Below, one piece after another: positions 26,385 to 38,545 of a DNA stretch of 64,000 nucleotides; positions within the stretch are counted from its first letter, which is position 1, and every line of letters begins with the position of its first letter. The stretch spans positions 25,916,001 through 25,980,000 of the forward strand of contig NC_092674.1 in NCBI RefSeq assembly GCF_964355755.1, read 5' to 3'. Origin of the DNA: Antedon mediterranea. Taxonomy: Eukaryota > Animalia > Echinodermata. A program made the translations under genes and the position numbers. The notes under the pieces were generated by a model that made no database searches, was not told where the DNA came from, and saw nothing but the letters and a program-made list of their open reading frames with translations.

Positions 26385-26736
26385 TGTAGGCCTATCTGTA
26401 TATGTGAAATGTTCTGGATCTGCCACGGCAAAACAAATAAAAGTATACGTCATCAAATAATATTGTAATAATTTATACTGTATATTTTCCATTTACTATA
26501 TCCACGCCTAGGCCTACTACTGTATCTACATGCAGTAAAACACGTGACATTTTCTGGATCTGCCACGGCAAAACAAATAAAAGTATACGTCATCAAATAA
26601 TATTGTAATAATTTATACTGTATATTTTCCATTTACTTTACCCACGCCTATTAGGCCTACTACTGTACCTGCATGCATATACATAAAGTTTTCTGGATCT
26701 GCCACGGCGCAACAAATAAAAATATACGTCATCAAA
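26385..26736. repeat. Tandem ~140-bp repeat, about 2.5 copies
   Basis: TTCTGGATCTGCCACGGC at 26412, 26552 and 26691. Confidence 0.9.
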
Positions 26737-26976
26737 ACTGGATAACAAACAAGCAAGCAAGCATTCTTGGAACTCAACAACCACATTGTTTATGTATTCT
26801 TGAAATTTGGTTTATTGATTGTATAAATTTTAAAATGAGATGACTCGATCGTTCAACGTTCTAACTTATTGTTGAGAATATGAGATTCATCAGTTAAAAT
26901 ACTATTTAATTTAGATATCATTTCATCATTACACATTTGTGTGATATCCTGTTATTGTCACAAGTCTAGGCCTACA

Positions 26977-27037
26977 CTTTTTTATTCAGGCTTATATAAT
27001 AAAAAACATGCAGCCCGAAGGTTGAAATTGTTGATTT

Positions 27038-27075
<38 letters not shown>

Positions 27076-29460
27076 AAACACAAATATTAAAAAAATACAA
27101 AAATTATACAAAACATTAACAAATTTGAAAAAGTCAGTTAAAAAAATAAAATTATGTTTAAAAAATTACAAAATTTATATACAAATGCATAGGCCTATAT
27201 ATGTAAATATTTATAACATAGCCATCTTCAGCGTGATCAGTTTAGGTACTGTTTAAATTAAGGATTCTATACTTATAGTAAGGGCAGGCGAGGTCTTAAG
27301 ACGGTTAGTTCTACAAACAGGTATATTAATTAGGGGTTTATCTACCGTGGTTGATCTAAGCTCTCTAGTAATAATGCGGTAGTCGGGCAAAATAGTTCTG
27401 TACAATTCCGATTTCAAGAGCCTTTCTCCAAATTTTTTAATCAACGTCTCTCGTCTGGATGCGAGAGTGGTCATATCTGTAAGCTCAAGAGCTGAATCAT
27501 ACGTAAGAAAAGCGGGACCCAGAATAATACGTAAAACTCTCTTTTGCACTCTTTCAATGGTCGATATTTGGGCCTTATTGATGCTTCCATGCCACACAGG
27601 GCAGGCGTATTCTAAGATTGGGCGAATATAACAAACATAAACGGATATCATATCATGAACTGGTACATTGGCCCTTCTAAGGATATATAACGTTATACAA
27701 CCTTTTGGATGCTCTTTTTACCATGTCACTGACATTATTATCCCATTTCAAGTCATGCTGGATTATAAGTCCAAGGAGCTTCATACACGAAACAACATTA
27801 AGTGTTGTACCGCTAAGGTATTAATTAGGAGGGGGAATATTTATTTTCAAAAAATTAACTCTCATGATATGAAACTTAGAGGGTTTAGGGACCATGTGAT
27901 TTGTATCATCAAGACAAGATTGAAGTTGAGGGGCATTACCATGCTTAACAGTGTCACCAAGAGTGAGACCATCAACGTACTTCCACCATCTGCAGCCTTC
28001 CATAGAGATATCATTGACTAATATAAGAAACAAAATTGGCCCAAGCTGTGTACCCTGTGGAATCCCACATGTGATGTTGGCATAAGGGGAAAAGGATGAA
28101 CTAAGTTTAGTATTTATTTTACGATCCGTCAGAAAGCTACAGATGGTGGGAATAATAGATGTTCTCACTCCGATGTCGACTAGCTTTTTAACAATGACCG
28201 TATGGTCAATTCGTAAAATCAACGGCACAAATATCCACAAAAAAATCACCTTTTTCAATATCACTAATTACAGACTGAATCATGTCCACAAGATAATGGC
28301 TAGTAGATGAGCCTTTACGGCAACCAACTTGTTTAATATCTAAATGTTCATGAATGTCACTAGTCACCCAATCAGTAAGGAATGACTCAAACAACTTGGC
28401 AAAGATGGGGGTAAGTGAAATTGGCCTGAGGTCTTGAAATGATGTCACACTAGAAACTTTTGGAGCAGGAATGGCTGTTGCTAACTTCCATAACTCGGGA
28501 AATACACCTTCATTAAGACAACAATTAAAACTATGGGCAAGAGGGGTAGCAATTTCAAAGGCGAATTCTTTTATAAGTTTAATTGGCATGTCATCAGGGT
28601 GACTAGACTTCTTTGACTTTAGTTTATGAATCAATCGTCTGACTTGTCCAGGAAAATTTTTTGGCGGGGGTTCAGGTGAAGGCAAATATGCAGGAAGAGC
28701 ATTTACATCAACTGGGGGAAGCTTTCGGCACACAGATGCAAAGTGGTTATTGATATCATTTGCAAGATCTTGATTTGAGTGGCATGGGAATTTTAGCATG
28801 GTTCGATTTTTTAGATTGCACAGTTTACGTACACTGTGATGCCATGTTGCCGGATCATTATTTTTAAGGCCTCGCATTGATTTATCATAACAATTTTTCT
28901 TTGCTGAACGAATGCTTCTCTGGACAGCGTTGCGTGTTTCTCTCCATTCAGCTTTAGTACAGTTGTTATACATTCGCTGCCTTGCATCAAGTAGTCGATG
29001 AACGTTTTGAGTCATCCAAGGACGATCAGCTATTCTTTTTCTTATTTGCTTGACAGGGAAATTGTGATTATATGCACCTTTTAAGACATTGAAAAAACCA
29101 TTTACTTTCTCATTTATACATAAGTTACGATCAAACATCCAGTTCCAGTTATAGTTGGTTATCCATTGTCCAAACGATCTTACTGACGACTCTCTGTATG
29201 GTCTAACTTGCATACGCATATATTTGGATGGCGGCAACTCATGGCAAGGATGAATGATAATACTACTATGGTCACTACGCCCAAGGGGTGCACATTTTTA
29301 GGCTTTGTATATAGTTCTGGATGGGTCATAAAAACCTTGTCAAGTAGCGAAACGTCTCGAGTTGGAAAATCAATGATTTGTACCATCCCAAGTTGTTCTG
29401 TTAGACTATCAATGTTCAAATCATTAAAGTCGCCTAGGATTATCATTGGTGAATCTGGGT
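26977..29460 (-). mobile_element. Decayed CR1-group LINE (L2/Crack/Daphne-like): APE C-terminus, RT and 3' UTR
   Basis: IILGDFND..LDKVF (APE), LRPISLT, GIPQGTQLGP, KYVD, IRPILEYACPVWH, spread over frameshifted ORFs. The 3' UTR has (TA)n and AATAAA at about 26980. Confidence 0.93.
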
Positions 29461-32255
29461 TAGTTAGACGAATTTACAAAAACTTAAAATGTTCTTGGTT
29501 AGAACTCAGACCTCAATATGACAGCTTGACGTTCATACTTCGTCGAGCTTATGTTCTCCTCGAGTATGAACACCCGGCTAATGAGGGTTTGATTACTTGT
29601 CGTTAAGATCACTTTACTTCACAAGTAATAACTTATCAATCGATATTAATAGTATTCTACTGAATACGAAACATCAGAGGTATGAAACGCCAAACCACAA
29701 ACCTAGTGAATATCTCATGAAAATGAATTTGAAACGCGAAAGTCCATGAAGCCAACCTAACCGAGTAAATAAATAGTGCCGGATAGGTATCATAACAGAT
29801 GATTTTCGGTTAAGTAAATGGCTTTCTAATATTTGTATTTATTCACTGAAATCTAATGACGTTCCATAAATAATTACCGTAAATAATCGATAATTGACCA
29901 AGTAACCCAATTAGGTGCATAGAGATGTCAGGAACATAATTAATTTGTGTACCATAAATGATTGCGAGCACCCTGATGCTAAAGAAAACATATTTGCATT
30001 TCACACTTTATTAAAAATAACAATCAAAGCGGGTTCATGGTGTCATGACGTAATACATAACATGTATGCATTTAACTTAACCCTCTAAATAATCTCTCAC
30101 AACTATTAAAAAGAAACATCGAAGATTTCTAGGACGTACAGTACGTTATGCTATTGTAAATAGCCAATAACAAAGTACGGATAAATTTAGCTTATTTTTT
30201 TTTTATTTTTTTTTTTACTTTTCATCAAAAGCTAATTGATTGACCTCATAGTGAAGATAAATACAGCTATGTTGTCATTGTGATGTATTATGCACTCATT
30301 ACGAGGACTCATAAATAAACAAAACAGTTTATAGTTAGGCCTACAGTAGAAATGTAATCAGTTTTCTTTACATTGGCGATATTATGTAAATAAAATTAAA
30401 GAAATAAACTACTTTTGAATTGAACATGATCATCTCTTGAACTTTTGTGGAATGGTTTTCTGTATCTTTTTCTATAGTCTCAATAAAACATGTTAAATGT
30501 ATTTGTTTTGTGTTATGCTATTAACAGTATTAATATCCTTCATAAAACCGGGTTACCTAACTGTATCATAGCAGCCCTTCTGGGCCTACTTGCCTCCTTA
30601 ATGTTACCATGAACGTTTCAATTTCAGAGAAACATTTCTTTAAATCATATATTTAATTAAATTTGTAAACTGGAAAATTTATTGGCACTTCAAGTTAAAA
30701 TCTAAAATGTTACTACAATCGCAATATACGTTTCGCCCATTGTGATTCACTAATAATATCAGTAATGTATAAATCATAATATTATGATTCATATTATGAT
30801 ATATATATTATTTTTAATGGTTGCTTAGTTGTAATTCAAAAATGGGTTTGTAGAAACCCTAAAACAATTTTCTACTTAAGAATGACAGTGGAAAATTTAT
30901 TGCTGCTGAAAAACAAGTTTTAAAATGTTCTAAAAATGTTCTTACAAAGGCATGATAGGCGATTCGTCCATTTCGAATCACTATATCATGCTTATAATAT
31001 GGTTGTTTACAGTTGCTTTGGTCTTCTGTAAATCAAAGGAGGGTTGCAGAAACCCTAAAACTATACTTTCTATTTTAAAATGACCCAAGAAGTACACAAT
31101 GCTAGAATACGGAGGATATGCAGTTAGGATAACAGCAGCTGAATGTAGCCCGTGGCATGCTGGCAGAGTTTTAAAAAGAACCCTCACTTGACGACAGCTA
31201 AAATAATAACATACACTGACCTAGAAATATTCCAATTTTGTGTTCCCTTGTTGCACGAAATTATGATTCTTGGTAGAAAATTGTTATTATATAGTTTTGG
31301 GTAATACAATATATTGACAGTTTTGAACTATTTATGCATTCCCATTTAATTATAACATTAGAATCACTCTAGGCCCAATAGAGTTTGTGAACATTCCAGT
31401 ATAGTATATTAAGTATATTCTTGTTATTTGCTGATTTCCTATAATATGCCAGTTTTTTATTTCGTTACATTGAATGGTAGAGCTCTAACCAATGGTTCTA
31501 TTCAATAGTTAGCTTTGTAAACATTTTGGGATTGTTGTGCTTTTGAAGATTTTTTTTAACCCTCTTGGTTTGCTTTATTATGATCATTATAAAGTGTTTC
31601 AACGAACTATATTGTTTCCATATCAAGTCAAATTTAGTTAAACTTTAAGCAAAACTATTTTTAACAGTCCGGGTTATTTACATAACACTCCTTTCGACAT
31701 AATAAAATAATAATTGTTACAATTAACGTATTTAAGTTTATAGCAAATTGCTGAATTGATAGCTTCTCTTGTTACCATACTTTTTAACTGATAGCTTAAC
31801 TCTTGTTACCATATTCTATGCCGTCAGTCCGAAAGGGTATTTCTATTTTTGGATGTGAACGATGTTATAAATAGGGTGTACTAAAATTTACCTCAGCACA
31901 ATATTAGTGTACAACCTTTCCAATTACATTATTGATCGAAACATCATGTTGTAATACAGATAACTAATGTAAAACAAATTAAGTTTATATTGCTAAAAGA
32001 ACTCCAATGGAATGAAATAGCCTACACACTATACTAAAACAACTAATTAGTAAATTACGGTATGTTTGCTGTTATTCTTAACGAATTATAAACATTTTTC
32101 TGCTTCGGTTGATTCTACTTTGATTATTTATTCATTTAATCCTAATTTAGTTCGCTAATGCCAAAATAACCTGTATTTGCTAGTTTTGATTTTCGTTCTC
32201 TCTTTTTTTTTTTGCCTAAACACCACTTTTTTTCACAGTAATATATCATCATAAA

Positions 32256-32338
32256 GGTGATAATAAAAGAAATATTATGAAGTTGCTATTTTTCATGACG
32301 TAACATAGCAACTTCATATAATTTTTTTTTATTATCAC
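32256..32338. repeat. Short foldback of about 80 bp (probable miniature TIR element)
   Basis: GTGATAATAAAA..TATGAAGTTGCTAT / ATAGCAACTTCATA..TTTTATTATCAC. Confidence 0.7.
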
Positions 32339-32816
32339 ATTTTTGTTTGTTTTCTAATGTTTATTATCATTATAATGTGATCAACTTCATCGGGTGTAGG
32401 CATATAACATTTTAAATGGTGTAAATTCACTTTTTATTCAATATTACCTCATTTGTCATTACTTTTATAATATTTTTCTATACTTACACTTACAACAGAA
32501 ATAAAGGTTAAACAAGATTTAATACAATATTAATTTAGTTGGGAACTACTGTACAAGTTTCATGAAAACTAGTGCGTAACATACTATCAGACTATTTTAA
32601 TTACCATGATATTAAAGTGACACAGAAGATAGAACTGTGTTGTACGTGTACTCAATCAGCTGTTACATCTCCAATAACATATAAAAAGAACATTCACATT
32701 ACATCCTGAATACGCAGACGATAGTTCAAAGTTCACGAATTTCTGAGTTTTACAGTAAATTGACCATAATATGAGATTGTAATAATTCCTTCTATATCCT
32801 TGGTTGAAACGTATTA

Positions 32817-33439
32817 AGGCCAATTTACACAGACGAGCGGTAACGGTAAGCGGTAATTGTAAGCGAAAAACCGCGTGGCTTTTCCCATTTACACAGCGCG
32901 CGGAGTTCGCGAACGGAGTGGTGGAAAGTAGGTGCGTGCGGGCCTCGAGGCTAATGCATGTTACAGTCACTGCTGGCCTGGATGTGACTGACTGTCAGTA
33001 GGCCTAGCACACATAGGCCTAAGTTTTAGAGGGAATTGTTGCCTAATAACGTACTAAAATGTGTATTTTCTTTTCACTATCCTTATACGAACATTAGTCA
33101 CATTAGGTGTTTGTATTTCTGAATAAAAAGAAGTTGCAAACTAGGCTAGGCCTACTACGGCACTCGTAGTTATTGTCGTCTTTCACTCGACGGACGCAAA
33201 AAAAAGTTGTTGATAGATGACGTCATTTCAATCATGTCGTTGGTTGGCCAGAATCCATAATTACCGCGTGGTATTTTCACAAAATCGAATCTGTTTCGAT
33301 CCTGAGCGGATTTCCGCTCAACCGCTCGTCCGCTCCGCGTTCTGTGTAAATGGTCATAAGAAATAACATAGATTCTATTTTTGCGTTTTCCGCTCAACTT
33401 TACCGCTTACCGTTACCGCTCGTCTGTGTAAATTGGCCT
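32817..33439. mobile_element. Young PIF/Harbinger-type non-autonomous element (623 bp)
   Basis: Perfect 40-bp TIR AGGCCAATTTACACAGACGAGCGGTAACGGTAAGCGGTAA with TTA TSD on both sides. Confidence 0.93.
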
Positions 33440-33475
33440 TTACGCTGTTCTTTGATATAAGAACTTACAAACTAA

Positions 33476-33641
33476 AGCTCTGTCTACACTATCAAACTTT
33501 ATTTGACAAAAAAAGATGTGCCCATATAATATGGAGGACATGATGATGTCATATCACTATCATATTATTTGGGAATATCAATACCACTATTTGGCCTCAT
33601 CACACCTTTTTTTGTCAAACTAGTTAGTTAGTGTAGACAGA
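33476..33641. mobile_element. MITE family A, copy 4 (opposite orientation to copy 1)
   Basis: TAA|AGCTCTGTCTACACTATCAAACT...TAGTGTAGACAGA. Confidence 0.85.
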
Positions 33642-34359
33642 TCAAAGGCGTAATTGATTTCAATTAGTTTTTCCTAATTGTTTATATTTGTTCTGGTGCG
33701 ACGACTCAAACTACCGGTTAGAAGTTCGAGTTTGCAGTGATGGATAGGGCTCAGCTAGATTCAATCCTAAGAAAACAGTGTTTCACGAACCTAATGGTTA
33801 CGGTTTTTACGTAAATAAATGATTTATCCAGATGTTTTGCACAACTATGACGCAATTGTACTGATTACTCAGAACAGTAGACCTAGGCCTACATTTAAGA
33901 ATAATTTTAAAATGTTAAAGAAAAACGTGTGTTATACAGGTCGTGGTTCGAGTCACTCGAGTTTTTCCACTTTTTCAAAACAATTGTCTACATAACAGTG
34001 TTGTTTATTATTTCATAGAAATCAGTTATTTTTCTTCAGACTTAGCAACATTTTGACGATTTCAAATGTTCTCACTTTTTGATATAGCATAAACAAGACT
34101 ACTTCCAACAGGGTCCACTAAATATACATTAAGATAAAAATAGCATGGAGCATTTCCAATTAAGTTATCAATCGAAACATCCTGTTTAGTTTTTATAGGG
34201 TGCTTTCGATTTATGGCAACCAGGTCAAACAATATGTCATCGATAGTCGCCACCTCCTAAGCTTTGTCGAGGTGGGGAGCGACGGAACACCTCCCAATAT
34301 CTCCGCATGTACACACGTTACTTTGGTCGTCAGTCAAAAAAACAAGCATACGGTACTTA

Positions 34360-34479
34360 AGCGTAGTTCCCACTAGCGACGCAATTACGTAAGCGCAACG
34401 CAAGCGAGTTGACCATTGACGAGTTCCATTATTCTATCTCTTGTAATATGGCCAAGTCACTCCTAGTGGGAACCAAGAT
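34360..34479. mobile_element. Family-B-related MITE
   Basis: TTA|AGCGTAGTTCCCACTAG...CTAGTGGGAACCAAGAT|TAA. Confidence 0.7.
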
Positions 34480-35400
34480 TAACATGTAATGGAAGAATGG
34501 CGTAACTATATTACACTGAAGGTTGTGATATTATCATAACTCGAAAACTGATATTTTAGGCCTCTGGGTATGATCACACCATGAAGTTTCATGGGTTAAC
34601 AGAAAAGGTCGTTAGATCATCGCCTACACTTTACACTGTCAATAAGCAAGTCTCCGAACAATTTAATAACCCATAAAATATCGACCTGTCGTGATTCATA
34701 TTAGATACTGTAAACCCAGCCAAATTTCACATGAGTATGTAAAGAAATATACAAATCCAAAGGCAGATTACTGGAAAATAACGTGGGTTAGATCTCAATG
34801 GAGATACAAAATAAAATAAGAAAATTGGAATGAATTCATCAAACGCATTTTATAATTTGTCGTCTTGCTCAATTGGATAAAGAATAATTTAAAGGAACAC
34901 ATTTCCTGGTACAAATTACCCCCAAAGACTAATAATACTTGGTTTATGTAGAGCATCTTTGATATGTTTGTCTTGTGAATGAATTCATTGGCAATTTGCC
35001 TAAATATATATATATATATAATAAATAAATTTAAATTCTATATTTAATGAATATTCATGAGCTATAACGATCGTGTTTTTGCCTTCGTCGGATGCCCATG
35101 CATACCAGTTGAATTTGACGATCCCGTGTCCCCTGCTGGCCAATTATCTGCATTTAGAGTAGTAAAGCATAGAAAACAGTAAAGTATTGTGTTTTCATTC
35201 CACTAGCATCAGATCTTATATCACATAAGTTGATTACTTAATCATCTCCAACATGGACGACGATCGTTCCCAGGGTTCTTCTCGTCGCGAATAAATTGTT
35301 GCCATGGTGTTATAAAAGATTTACTACCCGAATTTCAAATAATTTAAAGTTAGCGGGAAAGAAGGCCGATCAACAATAACATTTCTTAATCACTAGGTTA

Positions 35401-35611
35401 AGCCATGTCTACACAATCAAACTTTATGTGACAAAACAAGGCAGTCAGGTTTTCAAGTTAGTGTTTACCGACCGACCAACCGACATAGTTACTACAATGT
35501 GATGTGCCCATATATAGACATGATGATGTCATATAACTACCATATGGGTATATCACTACCATATTTGGGCACATCACACTTTTTTTGTCAAACAAATTTG
35601 ATAGTGTATAG
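35401..35611. mobile_element. MITE family A, copy 5, interrupted by an inverted HINE remnant (about 35437-35496)
   Basis: Family A sequence breaks at GACAAAA and resumes at AATGTGATGTGCCC. The insert carries TTTACCGACCGACCAACCGACATAGT. Confidence 0.75.
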
Positions 35612-37064
35612 TTATGACTCTTTTGGGAATGACATGATTGATGTTATAAAACATAAATATAACTTTAATCATACGCGGTACTTCATGTTTAGTTATTATT
35701 TATGACTATTATCACCAGGTGATGACTGAGTATGAAAACATGTATCTTACTTTTATCGTTTTCGGTCTTAACACTACTTAAATGAATTACTATATTAATA
35801 TTTATTATTCGATTAAAAAAAAACATTTCATTCGTTGAAAGATTGTCTGTTCTTATCCATAATATAATATTAAAAATACCTACTGTTTAAAGTAAATTGT
35901 TTATACAATGAATCAAGGCGGGGTCTAAGCCATTCAAAGGGCGACTCTTCGATTTAGGATATTGGTGTAAAGGTTGGTTTCGAACTCAGATCAATCACCA
36001 ATCGCGCGTTGCACACAATTCTACAAATAGGCCTATTCAACCTTCAATAGTACCATCAAATATCACTTTTCCATTTAATAGGACTAAAGATACTAAACGC
36101 ACGTGATACGAATTAACCAAATGACAATGTATTAGTTTTTAGTGAAGTGAAGATGGTTTTACTGTTTTTTAACAATTCGTAAACTAATTTATGTGTAGTT
36201 TAATGATTTTCATTAGTTTTTCATTAACAAACAAAAAAATAACCAGTTATATCATACACTTTATATAAATGTGATTGCCCGATATCTAGTTAATTAAGCC
36301 CTAATGATATTATATAATTGAATAGCAATAATAGATAACTGTAATTAAAACCACCACAGGCTTATGATTGATAGAGTATCGATGAATGATGTACAGGATA
36401 TGGCGCAAGCTTCAATTCGTTTGGGGATAAATTGACGACGTGCCGTCTGCTACGTTGATCGTCTGCGCATTATTGCGGCATTTGTTCATGTTACAAGTAG
36501 GCTTAGGTTAAGTTGTATACTTAAAAACTTGCATATTAAATAGTTATTGAATACTTGGATTAGAAGATTAACCAATAAGAAACGTTAGTGTTCTAAAAAT
36601 TATCTCGTCATATTGAGGGCGCTGCTCAAAAACTGTAAACATTATGTCTCTAAATTAATTAGATCTTCAGTCGATATACCTACTGTATTTGATATCTTAG
36701 GCTTGTTTTGATAATCTTTTTATCTCTCTTTTATGGCGCAAACACCACTTTTATTCACATTCCATATTATCTCATGTCATTACATAATGTATACGTGATA
36801 CAATATAACTGTATGTTCACAACAGCATAAGAGCAGCTATGTATTGTTCAATATGTACACTCGATTATGATATAAAAAATAGCATAAAAATAAAAATGAT
36901 ATGACGTTTAAAATATCTTTTGTATACCTGATAGTTAAATAATACATGTTTTAGTTTGTTATAACTTCGACCGTGCTATAGTAATCTACCCATTCTACAA
37001 GAGTTTAAAAAAAACCGTGTATTATCAGACGTAATGGAAGAGATCTTTGTGTTTTAATTTTCAG

Positions 37065-37845
37065 ATATCAGGGTATATTTCATCCGTTAGAACCTAGAAT
37101 GACCAAACCAACGCTAGTCGGTATCATCCTTGGTATTTGGGTGTTTGCCATATTGATCTGCCTGCCAACTCCTCTCTTCACGCGAACAGTTTCAGCAAGT
37201 GACTGCGAACGCAACGACAAGGTGATAACGTACTGTGCTGAATTCTGGGAAAACGGGAAAGCGAGTCTTATCTACATCGCCTGCATCACCGTGCTAGAGT
37301 TCATCCTACCAATGATAATCCTATCTTTCGTGTACGTTAGAATAGGAATACAGTTATGGTTCCATAGAGCACCTCCTGGTCACGTGACAACCGAGCGGCA
37401 ACAAGAAATTACAAACGTACGGAAACAGAAGACAATTCCGATGCTGATCACAGTTGTTGTTGCTTTTGGCATTTGCTGGGCTCCATATTATTGTTTTAAT
37501 CTGTTGCAGCATATTAGGTATAACTATGGAACAAAAAATGCCTATACTTCTGGGGATCTGGTTATGTATTACGTTGCAGAAACCGTCGCAATGATAAATG
37601 GTGTTATTAGCACAATTATTTTCTTCATCTTAAGCCCAGTATTCCGAAAAGAGTTGCAGGCTATTTTTCGAAGAAACAGAGGGCGATGTTGCAGTACCAG
37701 ATTTCCACGCGTACTGCGCATTGGAACGCGCAGACTATCTTTCCGTACACCAAAAACAAACAGTACCAACATAACAACGAATAATCGAAACGGCTACATG
37801 CCGATAAAAAAAATGGTAGCGGAATCAACTGAAAGCAAAGTTTGA
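37065..37845 (+). CDS. Prokineticin-receptor-like GPCR, coding exon 2 (ICL2 to C-terminus); spliced protein 441 aa
   Basis: Acceptor TTTTAATTTTCAG|A restores DRYQGIFHPLEPRM. Also LEFILP, QLWF..PPG, CWAPYY, and TM7 AMINGVISTIIF (no NPxxY, as in PROKR1/2). Ends ESKV*. Confidence 0.93.
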
Positions 37846-38417
37846 ATAGACATTGCCGCACGTTGTCTTAAAAGAATCTTGTCTATATAAGGTATCAGTT
37901 AAATGCACAGTTTTTTTGTCTATTTTTTACATAATATTTCTTGTTTACATAAGTAATGTAAGTACTTATAAATAGTTATTTTGCATGTCATCTAAACCAG
38001 CTGGTCTGGTTTTTTTTTTGGTTTTTTTATGAATGTACAGTAATCACCAGATCCTGCAACTGTCACTGTTTAATACAGCTAAATCCGTTATTTGTTGACT
38101 TGCAATAGTCAGTTAGACTCTATCTAGTGACATCTGCAGAATTCGGCGATTAAATGTAGGTTTAATAGACGTATTCAGGATTATGAAACCAATATAAAAT
38201 AATATGTCTATTAAGCGGATCGGGTCTATTGATCTTCTTAAGTCTATATTGCATCTGTAAAGTCTATTGCGCCTATTAGCATTATAAAATACGATATATA
38301 TAATATGGTCTAGTCTATCTAGTCTATTGGACCTCTACCAAGCATATCAAGCTTATAAAATATAATACAGTACGTCCATTAAGTCTATTGACAAATAGTT
38401 ATAGTTAATTATCCAAT

Positions 38418-38545
38418 AATAAATAGATTTCCTATTTTTTATTTGAAATGATTTAATTTTCACGCTCCCTCAACAATATCTGAATTACTAACACAAATAT
38501 TATTACAGTTATCATTATAAAAATTACCTGGATCGTAAAAATAAA
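38418..38545 (+). terminator. Candidate polyadenylation signals of GPCR1
   Basis: AATAAA at 38418 and 38540, just before the palindromic satellite. Weak evidence in AT-rich DNA. Confidence 0.35.

Noticed and set aside
33930-33965. tRNA gene or SINE (B-box GGTTCGAGTC)
   Set aside because: No A-box, cloverleaf or tail could be recognised.
33960-34253. Possible LINE ORF1 remnant (MATIDDILFDL...)
   Set aside because: GTG start, short, stop-interrupted, and no motif I can identify with confidence.
37099-37845. Independent 248-aa gene
   Set aside because: It starts in ICL2 and splices in phase to exon 7389-7933.
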